A stretch of DNA of 64,000 nt, from assembly GCA_965206595.1 (NCBI GenBank), contig OZ242214.1, positions 1,120,001-1,184,000 of the forward strand. The letters run 5' to 3'. Each line of letters opens with the position of its first letter. Position 1 is the first letter of the stretch. A program made the position numbers and the translations under genes. Of this stretch, positions 32,244-41,582 are shown one piece after another. Under the pieces are notes generated by a model. It was not told the DNA's origin and searched no databases. It worked only from the letters and a program-made list of their open reading frames with translations. This DNA is from Candidatus Latescibacterota bacterium (GTDB taxonomy: Bacteria; Latescibacterota; UBA2968; UBA8231).

Positions 32244-33017
32244 GTGAAAGCGATCATCCTCGCAGCCGGCCGCGGAAGCCGGCTTCGGCCGCTCACCGAC
32301 GGCCTGCCCAAGTGCCTGCTGCCGATCGGGGATAGCACCATTCTCGAGCGCCTGTTGCGCAATCTCGAGATCTCGGGAGTCGGCGAGTCGGTGCTGGTCT
32401 GTGGCTACCGCATCAACCAGGTGCGCCAGGCCGTCGAGGCCTGGGACGGGGGCGTCGGGATTCGTCTGGTCTCCAATCCCTTCCACTCGGTGGCCGACAA
32501 CCTTGTCTCCCTGTGGGCGGCGCGTTCGCACATGGACGGAGACTTCCTGCTCATCAACGGGGACAACGTATTCAGTCCGGCGGCGCTGCCGCTGCTGGCG
32601 CACACCGATTCCCCGTGCTGCCTGATGGTGCGCCGCCGGGATACCTATGATGTCGACGACATGAAGATCGCCATCCGCGGCGACGGTGTCGTCCGCATCG
32701 GCAAGGACCTGAGCGCCGGCGCGACCACCGCGGAGTCGGTCGGCATTATGCAGTTCAGCGGCCGCGGCGTCGACTGGATTCGCGGAATCCTGGAAGAGAG
32801 CGTCATGGCGGACGGTGCCATGCAGTCCCTTTTCCCCCGCGCCTTACAGGGCATCATCGACCAGGGGCGCCACGTCAGCTATCTCGACATCGGCCGACTG
32901 CCCTGCGCCGACGTCGACACCCCCGAGGACCTCGAACAGGTGCGCCGCGAGATCGACCGCTACACCCGGCTTGAGGCCGCGGTCCAGGAACCCGCTTCCC
33001 CAGGGGAGCCGGCGTGA
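32244..33017 (+). CDS. Phosphocholine/sugar-phosphate cytidylyltransferase family (LicC/IPCT-like)
   Basis: KAIILAAGRGSRLRPLTDGLPKCL, NLVSLW, INGDNVF, DDMK, DVDTPEDL. Confidence 0.9.
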   Translation: MKAIILAAGRGSRLRPLTDGLPKCLLPIGDSTILERLLRNLEISGVGESVLVCGYRINQVRQAVEAWDGGVGIRLVSNPFHSVADNLVSLWAARSHMDGDFLLINGDNVFSPAALPLLAHTDSPCCLMVRRRDTYDVDDMKIAIRGDGVVRIGKDLSAGATTAESVGIMQFSGRGVDWIRGILEESVMADGAMQSLFPRALQGIIDQGRHVSYLDIGRLPCADVDTPEDLEQVRREIDRYTRLEAAVQEPASPGEPA

Positions 33018-34423
33018 TCCAAAGCGGCATTCTCGCCTTTGACAAAGGGGTGCGCCCGGAGCGGCGCTGCGCCGGGCTCACCCTCTTCGAGCGCGGCATT
33101 CGCACCATGGCCCGCGCCGGGATTGAGCGACTCGTCGTCGTCGTCCCCGTGGGCGCGGCGACGAAGCTCGGCAAGGTCACCCGCCGGCTCGACCTGCAGC
33201 TCGAGATCGTGACTTGGGGCACCGCGCCGACCCTCGCCTTTCCGACCGGGGAGGGGGTCCTGGTTCTTCTGGGGGATTGCGTCCATCACCACACCTCGCT
33301 CTCCCAGCTGACCGGGCGCGGCCTGCAGGGGGCGGACCTCGTGGTGCAGACCAGTTCTCTTCCGTCCGGACAGGATCCGGCTCTTCACCTTGCGGCAGGA
33401 CGCGGTTCGGCGCGACTGCACCCGCTTGCCGGGGATGGGGACGGCGGTCCGGTGGCGACGGGGGCCTTTCTCTGCAGCGCCGCGGTCGGTGCGGCGGATG
33501 TGGCGACCACGGCCGCCGGGCGACCCGATGAGGGGACCTTCCTCGCGGTGACCGATTTTCTGGCCGAGCGCAGCGCCAGCCGGCAGGTCGCGACGGCGCC
33601 GGTGGCCGAGGCCTGGCCGCTGTGGCGGCGCGTGGCCGACGCCCGCACGTCGCGGCAGGCCAAGGCGATGCTGTTCTCCCAAGTGACGAAGGCGACGAGC
33701 GGCCCGGTGTCCCGGCACCTCAACGCCCGCATGTCGATTCCGGTCAGCAAGCTGCTGATCGAAACCGGGATCTCACCCCACCTGGTGACCGTCCTCTTCG
33801 TCATGCCCCCCGGCCTCGTCGGCGCCTGGCTGATATCGCGGCCGGACGAGTACCTCAGTTTCGTACTCGCCGGGGTGCTGTGGCAGCTCGCCGCGGTTCT
33901 CGACCGCTGCGACGGGGAGATCGCCCGGGTGCAGCTGTCGGAGTCGAAGTTCGGCGCCTGGTTCGACACCTTGACCGATAACTTCGCCTACCTGTGCGCC
34001 TACGTCGGATTCCTGTTCGGGATCCAGCGTGTGTACGGGGACCAGCCCCTCTATCTCTACCTCGCCCTCTCCGCGGTCGGGGCCCTGTTCGTGATCCTCG
34101 GGGTCATGTACACCTACGCGCTCAAGACCGGCAGCGGCTCGCTTCAGAAGTACCTGGTCGGGTTTTCCAGAGAGGTTCCCGAGAGCGCGAAGGGAATTCT
34201 GTATCGCTTTCTCGAGCCCTCCGCCTTTATTGCCAAGCGCGATTCCTTCTCTTTCGTGTTCCTGGTCTGCTGCCTCGCCGATGCCTTCGCCGTCCTCTAC
34301 TGGTACACCGTGGGCGGCCTCCACCTGCTGGCGCTCGGGGTTCTGATATCGCTGCGCAAAATGCTGCATGCCCACAGGATGCAGGTCGAGGACGCCCCGG
34401 GGTACGGAGAGTCGCGGCCGTGA
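33014..34423 (+). CDS. CDP-alcohol phosphotransferase with N-terminal nucleotidyltransferase-like domain (IPCT/DIPPS-like architecture)
   Basis: AGLTLFERGIR N-domain; GPVSRHLNARMS, ISPHLVT; complete motif DRCDGEIAR......SKFGAWFDTLTD. Confidence 0.88.
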   Translation: MIQSGILAFDKGVRPERRCAGLTLFERGIRTMARAGIERLVVVVPVGAATKLGKVTRRLDLQLEIVTWGTAPTLAFPTGEGVLVLLGDCVHHHTSLSQLTGRGLQGADLVVQTSSLPSGQDPALHLAAGRGSARLHPLAGDGDGGPVATGAFLCSAAVGAADVATTAAGRPDEGTFLAVTDFLAERSASRQVATAPVAEAWPLWRRVADARTSRQAKAMLFSQVTKATSGPVSRHLNARMSIPVSKLLIETGISPHLVTVLFVMPPGLVGAWLISRPDEYLSFVLAGVLWQLAAVLDRCDGEIARVQLSESKFGAWFDTLTDNFAYLCAYVGFLFGIQRVYGDQPLYLYLALSAVGALFVILGVMYTYALKTGSGSLQKYLVGFSREVPESAKGILYRFLEPSAFIAKRDSFSFVFLVCCLADAFAVLYWYTVGGLHLLALGVLISLRKMLHAHRMQVEDAPGYGESRP

Positions 34424-35478
34424 AGATTCTGCGCCTGCTGCTTCCCGGATTGGGCCTGCTGCTGCTCGGCTATCTCGTCGGCACCCTCGGCCTGCGGCAG
34501 ATCCTCGACAACCTGCTGGTTATGAGGTGGTGGTTCCCCGCGGTTCTCGCCCTCGCCTTCCTTTGGCACGTAACCAATTCCATCGCCTGGGGTTTCGCCT
34601 TTCCGCCCGACGCCTTCCGGCCGCGCCTGCGCACCCTGTTCATGGCCAAGCTCGCCGGCGAGGCCGTCAACCAGCTGACCCCCCTGGCCAACATCGGCGG
34701 CGAACCTCTGAAGGCGTTCCTGCTGAAGCAGCAATCCCCGGTTTCGCGATCCCTCGCTGCAGTGGTCGTCAACAAGACGGCGCAGATTTTCACCGGCCTG
34801 ATGTTCACCCTTGTCGGGCTCGGGCTCGTAGTCGCCCATTGGGACCTGCCGCAGGCCCTGCCGCTCCCGGTCAAGGCCGGACTCGGCGTCCTGGGTCTGC
34901 TGGCCGCGGCGATGACCGCCGCCCTGTACATCAAGCACCGCAGCATGTTCTCGTCGCTGCTGGCGGCCTTCCGGGCGCTCGGCCTCGGCGATTTCGCCGA
35001 CCGCCAGATGGACAGCGCGGTCCGCACCGACGCCAGCATCGGCCGCTTCTACGGGGAGCACAAAGCGCGCTTCGCCCTGGTCATGTTCTTCCACGCCCTC
35101 GGCTGGCTCCTGGGAGCCTGCGAGACCTACGTCATCCTCGAGGCTCTCGGAGCAGGGACCGATTTCGAGATCGCTTTCCTCATAACTGCACTGACCGTCC
35201 TCATCAACAGCCTCTTCTTCTTCATGCCGTCGAACATCGGTGTCCTCGAAGGGGGCGGGGTTTTCCTGTTTCTCACCCTCGGGCTGAACCCGGCGCTCGG
35301 ACTCTCTCTCGGCATCGTCAAGCGCATGCGCAAGATCATCTGGATCTCGATCGGTTGGCTCTTTCTCACTCACCTCGGCCGCGCTGCCAGTTCCTCGGTG
35401 ACCGCCCATCTCGGCGCTGATCGGAAGTCTGCCGCGGGGACGGGTGAGGCGCTTCGCAACAGCCTCACCTCGCGGTAG
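34420..35478 (+). CDS. Lysylphosphatidylglycerol-synthase-TM / UPF0104 (HpnL-like) flippase-like membrane protein
   Basis: GEAVNQLTPLANIGGEPLK and FFMPSNIGVLEGG motifs; multi-TM; GTGA overlap. Confidence 0.82.
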   Translation: MKILRLLLPGLGLLLLGYLVGTLGLRQILDNLLVMRWWFPAVLALAFLWHVTNSIAWGFAFPPDAFRPRLRTLFMAKLAGEAVNQLTPLANIGGEPLKAFLLKQQSPVSRSLAAVVVNKTAQIFTGLMFTLVGLGLVVAHWDLPQALPLPVKAGLGVLGLLAAAMTAALYIKHRSMFSSLLAAFRALGLGDFADRQMDSAVRTDASIGRFYGEHKARFALVMFFHALGWLLGACETYVILEALGAGTDFEIAFLITALTVLINSLFFFMPSNIGVLEGGGVFLFLTLGLNPALGLSLGIVKRMRKIIWISIGWLFLTHLGRAASSSVTAHLGADRKSAAGTGEALRNSLTSR

Positions 35479-35480
35479 CG

Positions 35481-36842
35481 ATGCCGGCGCGCATTCCGTC
35501 CTGGCTGGTGGCGCTCGCCCTGTCCGGGCATCCGGGGTTTGCCTCGGGGCCGGAGTCGGCCCCGGCCCCGCCTTCGGCTCCCTGGTCCCTCGAAGCGCTG
35601 GTAGCCCGCGCCCTGAAGGAAAACCCGGAAGTCGCCGAGGGGAGATGGCGGGTGCGCGGCGCCGAAGCCCGTCTCGACGAGGCCAGGGCCTCCGGGCTGC
35701 TGCCGAGGCTGCGGCTCGAGAGCGCCTCCGGGCTGGTTCCGGACGCCGAGGGGGACGTGTTCAACCCGCCAGTGGATACCACCGGGTTGCGTTCCCTCGG
35801 GGTCTTCAACCGCACCGAGCTCCAGTTCGTGCAGCCGCTCTACACCTTCGGTTACCTGCGCAGCCTGCGGGAAGCGGCCGCCGCCGGGGTCGAAGTGGAG
35901 GAGTCGTCGCTTGCCGGCGTCGAGCTCGACGTCGCCCTGCAGGTCAAGGAGTTCTACTACGGTCTTCTCGCCGCCCGGGATCTCGCCGCCCTCGCCGAGC
36001 GTCTGGGCGAGGAGCTGCGCCGGCACCGGGAGGAGGTGTCGCCGGACGATCCCTCGATTCCTCTGTCGGCGCCGTACAAGCTGGAGCTCGCCCTGCTCGA
36101 GCTGGAACGGCGCCGGCGGGAAGCCGTCGACCAGGCGGCCCTGGCGCGCCGGGCCCTGGCCTGGACCGCGGGTATCCCGGAGGATGCGCCGCTGGAGCTC
36201 GAGCAGGAGTGGATCGAGCCGACTCCGTCCGCGGTGCCGCCCCGGGATTCGCTGTTCGTCCTCGCTTTCAGGAAGCGGCCCGACTGGCGTCAGTTGCGAG
36301 CGGGAATCGCCGCAAGGCAGGCGGTGCAGGAGGCGACTGCCAAGGCCTACCTGCCGCAGCTGTTCCTGACAGGGGGGGTGCGCTACGCCGTCGCCCCGAA
36401 TCGCACGGACCAGCACAATCCCTTCGTCAAGGACGAATTCAACTATTTCAGCGGCGGCATCTTTCTCGGGCTGCGGCAGTCGTTCGAGTGGGGGCTGCTG
36501 GGGGCGGAGGCGGCCCGGGCGCGGGCAGATCTCTACCAGTTGCGCGCCAAGGAGACCGGGGCGGTCCAGGGCATCCGGCTGGAAATCGAGCAGGCCTTCG
36601 GCGACTGGGAGCGCGCCCGCGACGGCCTGGAGTCGGCGCGCGAAGGGCGCCGCACCGCGCGCCGCTGGCTGCGCGCCGCCCGCGACGAGTACGAGCTCGA
36701 CCCGGGGCAGGTCAAGGAGCTGGTCAGCGCTTTCGAGGCCTTCGCCGGGACCGAACAGGGGTACTACAAAGCGGTGTACGACTTAAACATTGCCGTCGCC
36801 CGCCTGGAGCGAACCGTGGGAATGACGTCGTCGTTCGAATGA
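35481..36842 (+). CDS. TolC family outer membrane protein
   Basis: Signal peptide; SLEALVARALKENP, QPLYTFG, AFRKRPD, AYLPQL, ARLERTVG. Confidence 0.85.
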   Translation: MPARIPSWLVALALSGHPGFASGPESAPAPPSAPWSLEALVARALKENPEVAEGRWRVRGAEARLDEARASGLLPRLRLESASGLVPDAEGDVFNPPVDTTGLRSLGVFNRTELQFVQPLYTFGYLRSLREAAAAGVEVEESSLAGVELDVALQVKEFYYGLLAARDLAALAERLGEELRRHREEVSPDDPSIPLSAPYKLELALLELERRRREAVDQAALARRALAWTAGIPEDAPLELEQEWIEPTPSAVPPRDSLFVLAFRKRPDWRQLRAGIAARQAVQEATAKAYLPQLFLTGGVRYAVAPNRTDQHNPFVKDEFNYFSGGIFLGLRQSFEWGLLGAEAARARADLYQLRAKETGAVQGIRLEIEQAFGDWERARDGLESAREGRRTARRWLRAARDEYELDPGQVKELVSAFEAFAGTEQGYYKAVYDLNIAVARLERTVGMTSSFE

Positions 36843-36852
36843 CAGGGTAGCC

Positions 36853-38235
36853 GTGGATTCCTCCCGTTTCGCACGTATTCTGGCTTTTCCGGCCGCGGCC
36901 CTCCAACGGGCCGCTGTCCTCTCCGGGGCCGTTGCCCTGTGTTGCTCCGCCGCCTCGGCGCAGCCGGATCCGGGGCCCTGGGAGGAGCTGCGTGGCGACC
37001 TCACGCGGCTCAACGCCGCCCTCGCCGATTCTTCTCCCCCCGCCCTCGAGGGCCTCCTCGACGAATGGGCGGGCAGCCGCGTAGATCACGAGGGCTTCAC
37101 GCGGACGGTGTTCCGCGACTATTGCGCCAGGACCTTGAAGGACTACGGCAAGTTCATGTCCGGGGAGGAGCTCGACGATTTCGTCGCCCTGCACGAAGAG
37201 CGCCTGCAGAAGGAGTTCCGCGCCCACTGGATTTCCGCCCTCGCCGCCTACCTGCGGGAGGGGCCGTTGACCTCCCTCCGCCTGGTGGAGATCGACGACC
37301 GCGGCGACAAGGCAGAGGTGAAGATCGCAGCCGGAACCGGGCCCGGAGGGGAGCCGCGGACCCTGATCCTGAAACTGCTGGCGGAGGGGCAGGACTGGCG
37401 GCTCGTCGACGTCGAGGCCGGCGACCTGCGCGCCAGCGACCTGCTGCGCAGCCGCTTCGAGGAGATCCTCGTCAACGAGTACTCCCTGCCCGTCCTCGAA
37501 GCGCAGATGCGGCAGCGGCCCTACGTCGTCCTCGAGGACTTCTCGAACACCGAGCCCGGCCGCCCGCCCGAGGGCTGGGGCTGGAGAACCAAGGACCGCG
37601 ACAAGCCCAAGCCGTACACGGTGCTGGCCGCCGGCAGTCAGCGCTACCTCGCTGCCCGGGATTTCGGAAGCTCGATCATTCTGCTCAAGGTCTCCCACTG
37701 GAATCCGCGGCAGTACCCGATTCTCACCTGGTGCTGGCGCGCCGAGTCGCTACCACCGGGCGGGGACGAGCGCTACGGCCCCACCAACGACAGCGCCGCA
37801 GGCCTCTACGTCTTCTTCTCGCAGAACTGGCTGGGCATCCCGCGGCAGATCAAGTACGTGTGGAGCACGACGCTTCCGGAGGGAACCGTCGACCGCCGCA
37901 AGCGCTTTGCCAGGCCCTGGTTCTTCGTCGTGGAGACGGGTGCCGACAACCTCGGGCGCTGGGTGTTCGAGCAGGTCGACCTTCTCTCCGACTACGACCG
38001 CGTCTACGGGGGGGAACCGAAGAGCCGGACGCGCGGTCTCGGCATACTGACCGACGCCAACTCCACCCATTCCTACGCCGAGGCGCATTACGCCGACCTG
38101 CGGGTGTGGACGCGCGAGGCGCTCGAGAGGGGGGCAGTGCGCAACCACTGCGAGTGCCTTCCCGAACCGCCCGCGACCGCGGGGCCGGGACAGGCCGCGA
38201 ACGCTTTGGGGGAAGCCGACCCGGAGCGGCCATAG
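36853..38235 (+). CDS. Secreted MlaC-like + DUF3047 fusion protein
   Basis: N-half ends WRLVDVEAGD....LRSRFEEI (MlaC-like); C-half YPILTWCWR, DSAAGLYVFF, IKYVWS, GRWVFEQVDLLSDY, GILTDANST (DUF3047-like). Confidence 0.68.
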   Translation: MDSSRFARILAFPAAALQRAAVLSGAVALCCSAASAQPDPGPWEELRGDLTRLNAALADSSPPALEGLLDEWAGSRVDHEGFTRTVFRDYCARTLKDYGKFMSGEELDDFVALHEERLQKEFRAHWISALAAYLREGPLTSLRLVEIDDRGDKAEVKIAAGTGPGGEPRTLILKLLAEGQDWRLVDVEAGDLRASDLLRSRFEEILVNEYSLPVLEAQMRQRPYVVLEDFSNTEPGRPPEGWGWRTKDRDKPKPYTVLAAGSQRYLAARDFGSSIILLKVSHWNPRQYPILTWCWRAESLPPGGDERYGPTNDSAAGLYVFFSQNWLGIPRQIKYVWSTTLPEGTVDRRKRFARPWFFVVETGADNLGRWVFEQVDLLSDYDRVYGGEPKSRTRGLGILTDANSTHSYAEAHYADLRVWTREALERGAVRNHCECLPEPPATAGPGQAANALGEADPERP

Positions 38236-38246
38236 AGGGAGTATCC

Positions 38247-38876
38247 ATGTCATTGAGAATGCTGCTGTTGCTGCCGGGTCTCGTCCTGGCCGCCTGGAAC
38301 GGCGCCGCCGGAACCGAGGAAGCGGCCGGGGGTGCCGCGGGACCGGGGAGCGCGATCGTTTTCCTGCAGGCCCAGGACAGCGCCGTCCGGGATATTCTGG
38401 CCGCGAGCCCGTCGGAGGGCCTTTCCGATGAATACCGCCGGCAGGTCAAGGAGCGCATCAACCTCGCCTTCGACTTCGTCGAGCTCGCCCGCCTGTCGCT
38501 GGGGGACCACTGGGAAGGGCGCAGCGAAGCTGAGCGGACCGGGTTCGTCGAGACCTTCCTGGGCATCGTCGAGGAGCGCAACTTCGACAGCTTCGTGCGC
38601 TACTACCGCGAGGGCGGCATCGAGTACCAGAGCGAGGAGATCGAGGGCGGCCGGGCAACCGTCCACGCCACCGCGCCGCTGCGGCGCGAGCGCGTCCCCA
38701 TCACCTACCACCTGCACGGGATCGATGGCCGCTGGCGCATTTACGATCTCGCCATCGACGGCGCCGGCACCGCCGCGGGCAACCGCCGCCAGTACGCCCG
38801 CTACATCGAGCGCCACTCCTTCGAGAAGCTTCTGCAGCGGCTGAAGAGCCAGCTCGAGAGCCTGTCGGCCGACTGA
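38247..38876 (+). CDS. MlaC/Ttg2D (HpnM-like) periplasmic lipid-binding protein
   Basis: FDFVELARLSLGDHW....AER..FVETF, WRIYDLAIDG; signal peptide; GGGAG RBS. Confidence 0.85.
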   Translation: MSLRMLLLLPGLVLAAWNGAAGTEEAAGGAAGPGSAIVFLQAQDSAVRDILAASPSEGLSDEYRRQVKERINLAFDFVELARLSLGDHWEGRSEAERTGFVETFLGIVEERNFDSFVRYYREGGIEYQSEEIEGGRATVHATAPLRRERVPITYHLHGIDGRWRIYDLAIDGAGTAAGNRRQYARYIERHSFEKLLQRLKSQLESLSAD

Positions 38877-38886
38877 TCGGGCAGCG

Positions 38887-41259
38887 ATGCGCGTCAGCTA
38901 CGAACGCATAGTCCACTACGTCTACCACCACCACATCGGCATCATCCTGGTGGCGCTGGCCCTGTCGGTCGCGGCCGGCAGCTTCGCCGTGCAGCTGCGC
39001 ATCAAGGCGGATTCCGCCGACCTGCTGCCCGACGACTACACCAGTGTTCGCGAGCTTAACCGCATCAAGGAACGGGTCGGCGGCATCGGGCCCTCGATGG
39101 TCATCATCACCGGCAGCGACCTGCAGCGCTGCGTCGACTTCATGCTCGTCCTCGCCGACTCGCTGGAACGCAATCCCCTGATCAGCTCGGTGATCCGCGG
39201 CAAGAGCACCGGGTTCTTCAGCCGCAACCGCCTGCTCTACATGGAGACCGGGGACCTCGAGGAGATCCGCCGCCGCTTCGAGGACCACGTCGAGCTCGAA
39301 AAGCTGAAACGCTCTCCTCTCTACTTCGACTTCGGCGAGGAGGAAGAGAGCGACCTCGACTTCAGCGACATCGAGAAGAAATACGAAGGGCACCAGGCCA
39401 GCGGCCTCGACAGGGACTACTACCTGACCGAGGAGAAGAACGGGGTGATCCTGCGCCTGTATCCGACCGGCGTGATCACCGACATCGAGTTCACCCGCCA
39501 GCTGCGCCGCAGCCTCGACGAGACCATCGCCGCGGTCGACCCGGCCCGTTTCCACCCCGACATCCAGTGCGACTACCAGGGCAGCTTCAAGAACGCCTCG
39601 CAGCAGTACGAGGTCGTCGTCGACGATCTCAGGTCCTCGGCGATGCTGGCATTCGTCGGGGTCCTGGTGCTGATATCGATCCACTTCCGGCAGGTGTTCG
39701 CCCCGATCTTCATCATCCTTCCGCTGCTGATGTCGCTGGCCTGGACCTTCGGGCTGACCAAGATCGTCATCGGCAACCTCAACCAGATCACTGTCTGCCT
39801 GTTCGCGATCCTGTTCGGCCTCGGCATCGATTTCGGAATTCACATCTTCGCCCGCTATCGCGAGGCGCGCCGCCGCGGCATGGGCACGGAGGAGGCCCTG
39901 GTCGAGACCGTCGTCCACACCGGCAGCGCCCTGACGACCACCGCGGTAACCACCTCCGTCGCCTTCTTCTCGCTGCTGTTTTCCGACTTCAAGGGGTTTT
40001 CGGAGTTCGGCTTCATCGTCGGCACCGGCATCCTCTTCTCCCTCGGGGCGATGCTCGTCGTCTGCCCCGCCTTCATCGTGCTCGCCGAGCGCTTCGACCT
40101 GATCCGGCTGCAGCAGAAGAGCGTGCCCGTGCACCTGCTGCGCATGGGCCGCTATCCGTTCTCGGTCGCGACCGTGGCTCTCGGGCTGGTCGCCACCGCC
40201 TATTCCCTCTACCACCTGAACGACCTCCACTTCGAGTACGACTTCAAGAAGCTGCGTCCGGAGCTGCCGCGCTCCGGTCCGATGGCGACGCTTCCCGAGG
40301 ATCTCAAGGAGACGCGCTCGCCGGCGATCGTGCTGACCGAGAGCTTCGAGGAAGCGACGGAGGTGGTGTCGGCGGTGAAGAGGATCAAGGCGGCGCGCGG
40401 CGATTCGTCGACTATCCGCTCGGTCAGGAGCGTCTACAGCGCCCTGCCTGCCGACCAGGAGGAGAAGCTGGCCCTGATCGCCGGCATCCGCGGCCTGCTC
40501 GACAGCAACCAGCGCCTGTTGAGCGACGGCGACCGGGTGCGCCTCGATTCCCTGCGGCAGTACCTGGAGGTCGAGAGCCTGTCGCTGGAGGATCTGCCCG
40601 AGGATCTGACCAAGAGCTTTTCGAGCAAGGACGGCGACATCCTGTCGTTCGTGATGATCAACGCCTCGGTGCCTCTCCGGGACGGCCGCAACGCCATGAA
40701 CTTCGCCCGCGAGATCAAGGAGATCCGCACCGGAAAGGGCACCTACCACGCCTCGAGCGCCCACATCATCTTCGCCGAGATGCTCGAGCTGATGCTCGAC
40801 GATGCCGTGAAAGCGGTGGTGGTGACCCTTCTCGTCGTCTTCGTGGTCCTGCTGATCGATCTGCGCAGTGTCGTAAACACGGTGCTCGTGCTGACGCCGT
40901 TACTGACCGCGCTGGCCTGGGTGACCGGGTTCATGTACCTGCTCGACTACCGCGTCAACATTTACAACATGGTCGCCTTCCCGACAATCATAGGCATGGG
41001 TATCGACAACGCCGTGCACATCTTCCACCGCTACCGCGAGTCCGGGAAGGGCTCGCTGCGCCTGGTGCTGCGCACAACCGGGGTGGCGCTGGGGGCGACG
41101 ACGATGACGACGATGGTGGGATTCGCCGGGCTGGTGCTTGCCCATCACCCGGCGCTCTTCTGGATCGGAACGGTGTCGCTGTTCGGACTGGGCTGCTGCT
41201 TCGTCGCCGCGGTCACCCTGCTGCCGGCGTTGCTGCAGCTGCGGGAGGGAAAGGTTTGA
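38887..41259 (+). CDS. MMPL/RND family transporter (HpnN-like)
   Basis: Two RND repeats with ILFGLGIDFGIH..RYRE and IIGMGIDNAVH..RYRE. Confidence 0.9.
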   Translation: MRVSYERIVHYVYHHHIGIILVALALSVAAGSFAVQLRIKADSADLLPDDYTSVRELNRIKERVGGIGPSMVIITGSDLQRCVDFMLVLADSLERNPLISSVIRGKSTGFFSRNRLLYMETGDLEEIRRRFEDHVELEKLKRSPLYFDFGEEEESDLDFSDIEKKYEGHQASGLDRDYYLTEEKNGVILRLYPTGVITDIEFTRQLRRSLDETIAAVDPARFHPDIQCDYQGSFKNASQQYEVVVDDLRSSAMLAFVGVLVLISIHFRQVFAPIFIILPLLMSLAWTFGLTKIVIGNLNQITVCLFAILFGLGIDFGIHIFARYREARRRGMGTEEALVETVVHTGSALTTTAVTTSVAFFSLLFSDFKGFSEFGFIVGTGILFSLGAMLVVCPAFIVLAERFDLIRLQQKSVPVHLLRMGRYPFSVATVALGLVATAYSLYHLNDLHFEYDFKKLRPELPRSGPMATLPEDLKETRSPAIVLTESFEEATEVVSAVKRIKAARGDSSTIRSVRSVYSALPADQEEKLALIAGIRGLLDSNQRLLSDGDRVRLDSLRQYLEVESLSLEDLPEDLTKSFSSKDGDILSFVMINASVPLRDGRNAMNFAREIKEIRTGKGTYHASSAHIIFAEMLELMLDDAVKAVVVTLLVVFVVLLIDLRSVVNTVLVLTPLLTALAWVTGFMYLLDYRVNIYNMVAFPTIIGMGIDNAVHIFHRYRESGKGSLRLVLRTTGVALGATTMTTMVGFAGLVLAHHPALFWIGTVSLFGLGCCFVAAVTLLPALLQLREGKV

Positions 41260-41287
41260 AGCTGCCCGCCGCCACCGGGGCGGGTAC

Positions 41288-41320
41288 AAAAAGAAACCCG
41301 GCCGGGAATCTCGGCCGGGT
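41288..41320 (-). terminator. Rho-independent terminator downstream of tRNA-Gly
   Basis: ACCCGGCCG-AGATTCC-CGGCCGGGT followed by TTCTTTTT on the minus strand; lies between convergent MMPL and tRNA. Confidence 0.7.
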
Positions 41321-41439
41321 CGACTTTCGATCGGCTGCGGCTGAACGGGGCAGGTCGATTGCCCGGATTCGCCAACATCCGATTTTTGATTTGCTGACGG
41401 GGAAGAACCCGGTCAGTGGAACCACTCAGTTCAGTGTGA

Positions 41440-41515
41440 TGGAGCGGGAGACGGGACTCGAACCCGCGACAACAACGTTGGCAACGTTGGGCTCTACCAA
41501 CTGAGCTACTCCCGC
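41440..41515 (-). tRNA. tRNA-Gly (GCC)
   Basis: GCGGGAGTAGCTCAGTTGGTAGAGC-C-CAACG-TTGCCAA-CGTTG-TTGTC-GCGGGTTCGAGTCCCGTCTCCCGCTCCA; cloverleaf with encoded CCA. Confidence 0.98.
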
Positions 41516-41582
41516 AAAAAACCTCGACAACCCACGCAAACAGGGGTGTTGCGGATCCCTGTTTGCCCGATCTAAACAAGCG

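Noticed and set aside
41440-41515. tRNA-Gly as an integration site for the lipid locus
   Set aside because: No integrase or duplicated tRNA 3' end seen, and the flanking composition looks like the host background
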